NCBI GenBank assembly: GCA_964500725.1
Contig: CAZCNP010000001.1
Span: forward strand, 321,520-385,519
DNA length: 64,000 nt
Reading direction: 5' to 3'
DNA from: an uncultured Gammaproteobacteria bacterium
Lineage (GTDB): Bacteria > Patescibacteriota > Microgenomatia > Daviesbacterales > UBA10151
The stretch's first letter is position 1, and every line of letters starts with the position of its first letter. The notes under the pieces are model-generated. The model was given only the letters and a program-made list of their open reading frames with translations. It searched no databases and was not told the DNA's origin. This document shows, piece after piece, positions 57,901 to 64,000 of this stretch. The position numbers and the translations under genes are program-made.

Positions 57901-59379
57901 ATGGATCAAAACGAAGTAGGTTATGTTGTTAGTAGTAGAAATTTTCTAGTCAACCTCAACGGCTTTCCAACTATCAAAGTCAACGATATGTTGGAATCTG
58001 ACAATAATTTAAGAGGCTGGGTTAATACCCTCGAGAAAGATAAAATTGAAGTTTTAATGCTTGATGAAGGAACTATTAAACCAAAGCAGCAGTTTAAAAA
58101 GCTACCCAACCATCTAGGAATTAGTGTTGGAGATTTTTTGCTAGGCCGGGCAATCAACCCACTTGGTATCCCAATTGATGGTAAAAAGCTAATTCCTAAC
58201 CCTAAAACAAAACTGGTTTTAGAACTTGATAGAGAAGCTCCAGGAATAGAAGCTAGAAGGTTTATCACCAACCAGTTTTTAACAGGCATCACCTTAATCG
58301 ACACTTTAATTCCCTTAGGCAAAGGGCAAAGAGAGTTAATATTAGGGGATGCTCATTCTGGTAAAACAGGTTTTTTAATTGACACTGTCATAAATCAAAA
58401 AAATACTGGGGTAATTTGTGTAATAGCTTTAATTGGCAAACCTGCTGTGGTAATAAGAAACTTAATTGATATATTAAAAAACAACGGGGCGCTCGATTAT
58501 ACTGTGGTAGTTGCTACCTCCTCTTCTGAAACAGCACCGCTAATTTACTTAACTCCAAAATCCGCAATGACTATTGCAGAATATTTTCAAAGCAAAGGCA
58601 AAGATGTGCTGTTAATTTTGGATGACCTGGGTTCTCATGCCAAAATCTATAGAGAAATTGCCCTGTTGGGTAATAAGGCTCCAGGCAGAGAATCTTACCC
58701 GGGAGATATTTTTTATCAACATGCTCATTTGTTGGAAAGGGCAGGTAGTTTCCTGCCTACATTCGGAGGAGGTTCTATTACTGCTCTACCTGTTATTGAA
58801 CTTAATTTGTCAGATTTTACTACTCTTATCCCTACCAACCTGATGTCTATAACCGATGGACATTTGATGTTTAAAGCTAGCCTGCATTCTCAAGGGCAGA
58901 TACCTGCGGTGGATATTTCACTTTCAGTTTCCAGGGTAGGCAGACAAACTCAAGACTATCTAACCAATTTACTCTCAGCTAAGGTAAGGCAAGTCTTATC
59001 TGAAGCAGCAGATTTGGAAACTATCTCTAGGTTTTCTTCAGAACTACCAGCAGAAACCCAGCTAACCCTAAAAAGAAAAGATTTAATTATGGAAATTTTA
59101 AAACAAGAACCCTTAACCACCATAGCCAAACCAATACAAACAATTTTACTTACCCTCCCCTTTAGCACATTTGTGCAAGATAAAAGCGCCGGACAAACTT
59201 TTTTGCTCAAGAGTAAAGATTTTATTGAAAAATATAAAACAACTATTATCGAGGCTTTCTTAAAGGATCCTCAACTTGTACCAATTACAAAGGCTACCAA
59301 CCAATTAAAAACTGATGAGGAATTAATCAAACTGCTAAATGGAATCGAGCCAATACTAAACAAAATATGCCCACCTTAA
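57901..59379 (+). CDS. atpA: F1 ATPase alpha-like subunit
   Basis: PLGKGQRELILGDAHSGKT, PGRESYPGDIFY, LLERAG, SVSRVG. Confidence 0.9.
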   Translation: MDQNEVGYVVSSRNFLVNLNGFPTIKVNDMLESDNNLRGWVNTLEKDKIEVLMLDEGTIKPKQQFKKLPNHLGISVGDFLLGRAINPLGIPIDGKKLIPNPKTKLVLELDREAPGIEARRFITNQFLTGITLIDTLIPLGKGQRELILGDAHSGKTGFLIDTVINQKNTGVICVIALIGKPAVVIRNLIDILKNNGALDYTVVVATSSSETAPLIYLTPKSAMTIAEYFQSKGKDVLLILDDLGSHAKIYREIALLGNKAPGRESYPGDIFYQHAHLLERAGSFLPTFGGGSITALPVIELNLSDFTTLIPTNLMSITDGHLMFKASLHSQGQIPAVDISLSVSRVGRQTQDYLTNLLSAKVRQVLSEAADLETISRFSSELPAETQLTLKRKDLIMEILKQEPLTTIAKPIQTILLTLPFSTFVQDKSAGQTFLLKSKDFIEKYKTTIIEAFLKDPQLVPITKATNQLKTDEELIKLLNGIEPILNKICPP

Positions 59380-59383
59380 ACTC

Positions 59384-60247
59384 ATGACTATTAAACAAAT
59401 TGAAGCAATCTTAGAAGAAGGACAATCTCTTAAAGAAATTGCCCAGGCCTATTCTGAAATTGCCAGCTTGAAAGTTAAAAGATTAAGAATTGAAGTAGAA
59501 AGAAATAGAGTATTTTTTAATGAGCTTATTAAAGTTTATGGTTTAGTTAAAACTTTGGCTATTAAAAAGAAGATAGCCATCAGTAAACCTAAAAAAAGAC
59601 TTTATATCCTACTTACCTCAAATTCTAGATTTTACGGTAATATCAACTCATCTTTGCTCAACTATTTTATCGGATCAACCAGACAACTGCAGGATGTAGA
59701 TCGGTTAATCCTTGGAAAAGTAGGAATTAATTTCTTCAAAGCCACTAAATTACTACCTGATTACAAAGAGGCTGTTTTAAAGGAAGATATGCCTACCTCC
59801 CAAGAACTGATTGATTTAGTAAAACTCTCTTCTGAGTATAATCAAGTATTGGTATTTCATACTAAAATGAAAAGCTTGCTGACCCAAATGGCCACTTTTA
59901 CAGATATAACTGCAGTTTCCCTATATATGAGAGATTTCTATACCAGCTCTTTTAACGTAAATATAGGAGAAAACACTACGCGTTTTATCTTTGAGCCTGA
60001 ACTTGTCAAAATATTGCAATTTTTTGACCACCAAATACTAACTTTACTGCTTGAACAAACTTTTCTAGAATCCGAACTCTCTAGAACAGCCTCCCGTTTT
60101 ATCACCATGGATCAAGCAGAAACAGAGGCAAATAAGTTCATCAAAGAGTACCAATCCCTCAAAGCTTACGCCAAAAGAAGCCTAAACAATAATACAATTC
60201 TGGAAAATTTTGCTACCATGATAGCGGTAAGGAAAGCAAAAGAATGA
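59384..60247 (+). CDS. atpG: F1 ATPase gamma-like subunit
   Basis: LLTSNSRFYGNIN, FIFEP, SELSRTASRFITMDQA; lies between alpha and beta. Confidence 0.85.
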   Translation: MTIKQIEAILEEGQSLKEIAQAYSEIASLKVKRLRIEVERNRVFFNELIKVYGLVKTLAIKKKIAISKPKKRLYILLTSNSRFYGNINSSLLNYFIGSTRQLQDVDRLILGKVGINFFKATKLLPDYKEAVLKEDMPTSQELIDLVKLSSEYNQVLVFHTKMKSLLTQMATFTDITAVSLYMRDFYTSSFNVNIGENTTRFIFEPELVKILQFFDHQILTLLLEQTFLESELSRTASRFITMDQAETEANKFIKEYQSLKAYAKRSLNNNTILENFATMIAVRKAKE

Positions 60248-61665
60248 ATGCTCAAAATCAAGCAAGAGGCATAATTACCTCAGTTAATGGTCAAATTGCC
60301 ACTATTGAAATTGAGGATGATATTTTCCCTGAGCTTTTTGAAATAATGGTCTGTCCTTCTGAACCTTCGGTTATACTGGAAGTTTTTTCCCAATCAGAAC
60401 TTTCTATTTTTGTTCAAATCTTAAGTAATCCTGAAAAGCTCTTTAGAGGTATGCAGGTTGTAGGAACAGGCTCTGATTTAAAGGTGCCGGTAGGACCATC
60501 TGTTTTAGGAAGAGCCATCAATTTATTTGGTCATCCAAAAGATAATGGTGGAAAATTAAACTCAAAAGGTGCAAATGCTTCTATTTACTCTAAAGCCCCT
60601 TCTTTAAATATCGTCCAAAGCACCTATCAAATTTTGGAAACTGGAATTAAAGCAATAGATTTTTTAACCCCAATACAAAAAGGTGGGAAAGTAGGTTTTA
60701 TCGGAGGCGCAGGAGTTGGTAAAACTATTTTGCTAACAGAACTCATGCATAATATTACTCTCAAACCAACTATCCCTACCAAGACAAATGTGTCAACCAA
60801 GCCAATATATTCTGTATTTGCAGGGGTGGGAGAAAGAATTCGAGAAGGTCAGGAGCTACATCAAAGATTACAAGAATCTCAAGTTTTAGCAAAAACAATT
60901 ATAGTTTTAGGACAAATGAATGAAAATGCTGCCATCCGTTTCAGAGTAGCTCTAGCAGCCGTTGCTCAAGCTGAATATTTTAGAGATGTGATGAAATCAG
61001 ATGTCCTGTTTTTTATTGATAATATGTTTAGGTTTGTCCAAGCTGGAGCTGAAGTAGCCACCCTGCTGGGCACCATCCCCTCTGAACAAGCATATCAAGC
61101 AACCTTACAAACAGAAGTATCATCTCTAGAAGATAGATTAATCCCCACCGCCAATGGATCAATTACCTCTTTCCAAAATGTTTATGTGCCGGCTGATGAA
61201 ATTTCTGATGCAGGAGTAATTGCTGTTATGTCTCTACTTGATAATGCCATAGTGCTATCACGTTCAGTTGCCCAAAAAGGCATTTACCCTCCTATTGATC
61301 TTTTTCAGTCTTCCTCTTCTACTGCTTCCAAATCTTTTTTGGGCGAGACTCATTTTAAAGCTTTAACGGAATTTCAAAAACTGTTAGAAGGCTATAATAA
61401 ACTCTCACATATCGTGGCAATTGTCGGAGAAGAAGAACTATCTCCGGAAAATCGTTTACTTTATAGTAGGACTAAAAAAATCATAAATTATCTAACTCAA
61501 CCGTTTTTTATGACGGAAAAACAAACTGGCAGAAAAGGAGTATATGTTCCTCGAGAAACTACTGTAAAAGATATCGAAATGATACTTTCTGGAAGGTTAG
61601 ATAACATCCCAGCAGATAAATTCAAATACATTGGTGGCTTAACCGAAGGAGGGATAATAACATGA
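60244..61665 (+). CDS. atpD: F1 ATPase beta-like subunit
   Basis: GGAGVGKT, GVGERIREG, GQMNE, FIDNMFRF, VYVPADE. Confidence 0.92.
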   Translation: MNAQNQARGIITSVNGQIATIEIEDDIFPELFEIMVCPSEPSVILEVFSQSELSIFVQILSNPEKLFRGMQVVGTGSDLKVPVGPSVLGRAINLFGHPKDNGGKLNSKGANASIYSKAPSLNIVQSTYQILETGIKAIDFLTPIQKGGKVGFIGGAGVGKTILLTELMHNITLKPTIPTKTNVSTKPIYSVFAGVGERIREGQELHQRLQESQVLAKTIIVLGQMNENAAIRFRVALAAVAQAEYFRDVMKSDVLFFIDNMFRFVQAGAEVATLLGTIPSEQAYQATLQTEVSSLEDRLIPTANGSITSFQNVYVPADEISDAGVIAVMSLLDNAIVLSRSVAQKGIYPPIDLFQSSSSTASKSFLGETHFKALTEFQKLLEGYNKLSHIVAIVGEEELSPENRLLYSRTKKIINYLTQPFFMTEKQTGRKGVYVPRETTVKDIEMILSGRLDNIPADKFKYIGGLTEGGIIT

Positions 61666-61937
61666 CAGCATCAAATCTCCGCGTCCGCATTATCTCCCCT
61701 CAAGAATTAATCTTAGACACCAGAGCTTACTCAGTAAGCTCTAAAAACTCTCGAGGTAATTTTGACATTCTCCCTGCACATGCTAATTTTATTACAATTG
61801 TAGAAAATGAACCTATCATCATCCGCTCTCCGCAACAGAAACCTTTAACTTTTAAATTCCCTTTAGCCATTATTTTAACTATGGAGAACAACATTAGTAT
61901 ATACACTTATGCTTCTCCCAAAATTGTATTAAATTGA
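61662..61937 (+). CDS. atpC: F1 epsilon-like subunit (N-terminal beta domain only)
   Basis: VRIISPQ...GNFDILPAHANFIT. Confidence 0.75.
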   Translation: MTASNLRVRIISPQELILDTRAYSVSSKNSRGNFDILPAHANFITIVENEPIIIRSPQQKPLTFKFPLAIILTMENNISIYTYASPKIVLN

Positions 61938-62010
61938 TCTACAAAGTTTGCTTTTGTATATAATTAATGCTAGTTGCAATTTGAGACAGAATTTCCTACT
62001 CTAAAGATAT

Positions 62011-64000
62011 ATGGATAATTCATTAATAATAGATCTAAAAAAGCTGATTAATACCTATTTTGCTTTAATCTTTAAAATAGGTTTGATAGTTGTAATACTT
62101 TCTGTTCTTTTTCTTTTTACTAATTTGCTTAGCGAGACTTATGATACTCCTAAATTTTTAGTACTGCTTGTTGTAACAGGCATTTTATTGGTACTTTTGA
62201 CTTTAAAGTTTACCCTTACTAGTAAAGTAGTGTTTATTAAAACTCCGCTAGATATCCCTTTACTACTACTTTTAGCAGTTGGTATCGTATCTACAATCCT
62301 ATCGTCATCTCCTTATATTTCTCTTTTAGGCAATCAGCTAAAGATACACGGCAGTTTAATCAGCTTAACAGTGTATATCTTGTTCTATTTTCTACTAGTT
62401 AATAATTTAAAAGGATTTAAAAAAATAAAATGGGTATTTAATATACTTATTCCAGCTTCTCAAATCCTGGCTGCTATTACCCTAGTATCGTATGCAGGAA
62501 TAAAGATACTGCCTGCTCCTTGGACTACCGGAACCAACTTTACTACCACTGGGTCGTCATTTTCTACCACAGCTATTTTGGCGCTTTTAATACCTTTTAT
62601 GGTTACAGAGATTTTAAACTCCAAAAAACCTTTACTTACTATTTTAAATAGCTTATTTTTAACACTCTCTGGTGTTACTATTGCCCTAACAGGCACATGG
62701 GCTACCTGGACTACAGCCTTAGCAGGAGTAGCTTTAACACTTTTTGCAAACAATACAAGAAGCTTAAGTTCTTTCAAACCCTTAAGCTTGATCGGTATAG
62801 TTACTCCTTTGGTGATTACTGCTTTAATTACAGTTTTATCTTTCATACCCCCAATGGGCAGTGCGAAAAACCCAATCTACACTCAAGCGCAAAGCTTTCC
62901 TAGAGAAATTCAATTAGGCTTTCAAGATTCTTGGAAAATATCAGTATCAGCTTTTCGCGATACACCTTTTTGGGGAACAGGCCCAGCAACTTATCTTTTT
63001 GATTTCACTAATTACAAACCAGCGGAATTTAATTCTTCTAAATTCTGGAATCTAAGATTTGACTGGGCATTTAATGAATACTTGCAAGTCTTAGCCACTT
63101 TAGGAGGCATTGGACTGGTAGCTCTACTATCTATTACGGCATTATTTTTCTCTAGCGCATATAAAACAATTTCTAAGCCGCACCAATTACCTGACTCTGA
63201 ACTTCACCTTCCTTTAGCTATCTCCGGCATTCTATTTTTTATAATACTCGCTTTGCATGCATCAACTCTGAGTCTATGGGTAATTGGGGTATTAATTTTG
63301 GCATCATTCATGGTAAACAACATCTCAGAAGGCTTACAAAATAGTTGGAGCAAGATATCGGATTTTAAAAGTCTACTTTCTAGAGTCGCCAGTAATGTTA
63401 CAACTGTCAATTCTTCGGAAGAAACCATAAAGGTAGAGGCTTTACCTGGTGTGCTACTCACTATAGCTTTAGCTTTAGTCTTATTTACTTTCTTTTTTGG
63501 AGGCAAATTTGCTCTTGCTGACTATCATCATAGACTAGCTTTAAATGCAGTTTCACAAAATCAAGGAATAGTCGCCTATAACGAGCTAGTAGCAGCAGAA
63601 AAATTAAATCCTTACTCAGATTTGTACAGAACAGATCTTGCCCAAACTAATTTTGCCCTAGCTAATGCAATAGCAGCTGCCAAGGGTCCGACTGAGGCTT
63701 CACCAGCTGGATCTTTAACAGATCAAGATAAACAAAACATTCAAGTCTTACTTCAACAATCTATTAACGAAGGCAGAACAGCTGTTGCTCTTTCTCCTAA
63801 ATCAGCCAGTAACTGGGAAATATTGGCGCTTTTATACAGACAAATAGCTGGTGTTGCTCAAAACGCCTTGATTTTCTCTTTAGATTCATATGGCAGAGCT
63901 ATCCTTCAAGATCCTACCAATCCTCTTTTAAGAGTAAATGTTGGTGGAGTTTATTACGCAGTTAAAAATTATGATATGGCCATCAGATTTTTCACTGATG
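62011..64000 (+). CDS. O-antigen-ligase-like membrane protein with C-terminal TPR repeats (runs off window end)
   Basis: Manual translation MDNSLIIDLKK...YDTPKFL...PFWGTGPATY...AFNEYLQ...AILQDPTNP. Confidence 0.75.
   Translation, partial: MDNSLIIDLKKLINTYFALIFKIGLIVVILSVLFLFTNLLSETYDTPKFLVLLVVTGILLVLLTLKFTLTSKVVFIKTPLDIPLLLLLAVGIVSTILSSSPYISLLGNQLKIHGSLISLTVYILFYFLLVNNLKGFKKIKWVFNILIPASQILAAITLVSYAGIKILPAPWTTGTNFTTTGSSFSTTAILALLIPFMVTEILNSKKPLLTILNSLFLTLSGVTIALTGTWATWTTALAGVALTLFANNTRSLSSFKPLSLIGIVTPLVITALITVLSFIPPMGSAKNPIYTQAQSFPREIQLGFQDSWKISVSAFRDTPFWGTGPATYLFDFTNYKPAEFNSSKFWNLRFDWAFNEYLQVLATLGGIGLVALLSITALFFSSAYKTISKPHQLPDSELHLPLAISGILFFIILALHASTLSLWVIGVLILASFMVNNISEGLQNSWSKISDFKSLLSRVASNVTTVNSSEETIKVEALPGVLLTIALALVLFTFFFGGKFALADYHHRLALNAVSQNQGIVAYNELVAAEKLNPYSDLYRTDLAQTNFALANAIAAAKGPTEASPAGSLTDQDKQNIQVLLQQSINEGRTAVALSPKSASNWEILALLYRQIAGVAQNALIFSLDSYGRAILQDPTNPLLRVNVGGVYYAVKNYDMAIRFFTD

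Noticed and set aside
1-64000. CRISPR array or cas genes
   Set aside because: No regularly spaced repeats with unique spacers seen; the repeats are intragenic modules

Overview
AT-rich chromosomal segment whose gene content and protein style fit a CPR/Patescibacteria genome, most likely Microgenomates (inference). It carries rplJ-rplL, mreB, ndk, argS, leuS, comEA/comEC, tRNA-Arg and tRNA-Pro, a divergent F1-only ATPase cluster, glycosyltransferases, O-antigen-ligase-like genes and several large surface proteins. The main feature is a 5984-aa membrane-anchored fibre protein (16417-34371) with three complete inteins inserted at one repeated extein motif. None has a recognisable homing endonuclease. 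Intein 1 carries an NYN/PIN RNase domain and intein 2 a probable BECR/LPD3-like RNase domain. Intein 3 carries, on the opposite strand, a 69-nt tRNA-like RNA with an Ala-type acceptor stem (G3:U70) and a Leu (GAG) anticodon loop. Each intein also contains a minus-strand TTGACA-17bp-TANNNT/A promoter followed by a short structured RNA ending in a U-tract. In intein 3 that RNA is complementary to the anticodon arm of the tRNA-like RNA. A free-standing NYN gene at 47 kb shows the same convergent promoter and hairpin RNA. My hypothesis is that the inteins act as in-frame cargo bays for toxin/RNA-antitoxin modules, one possibly RNA-only. Downstream, TA cassettes are separated by a duplicated LamG-gene 3' end. 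All family assignments come from motif recognition by eye, not database searches.
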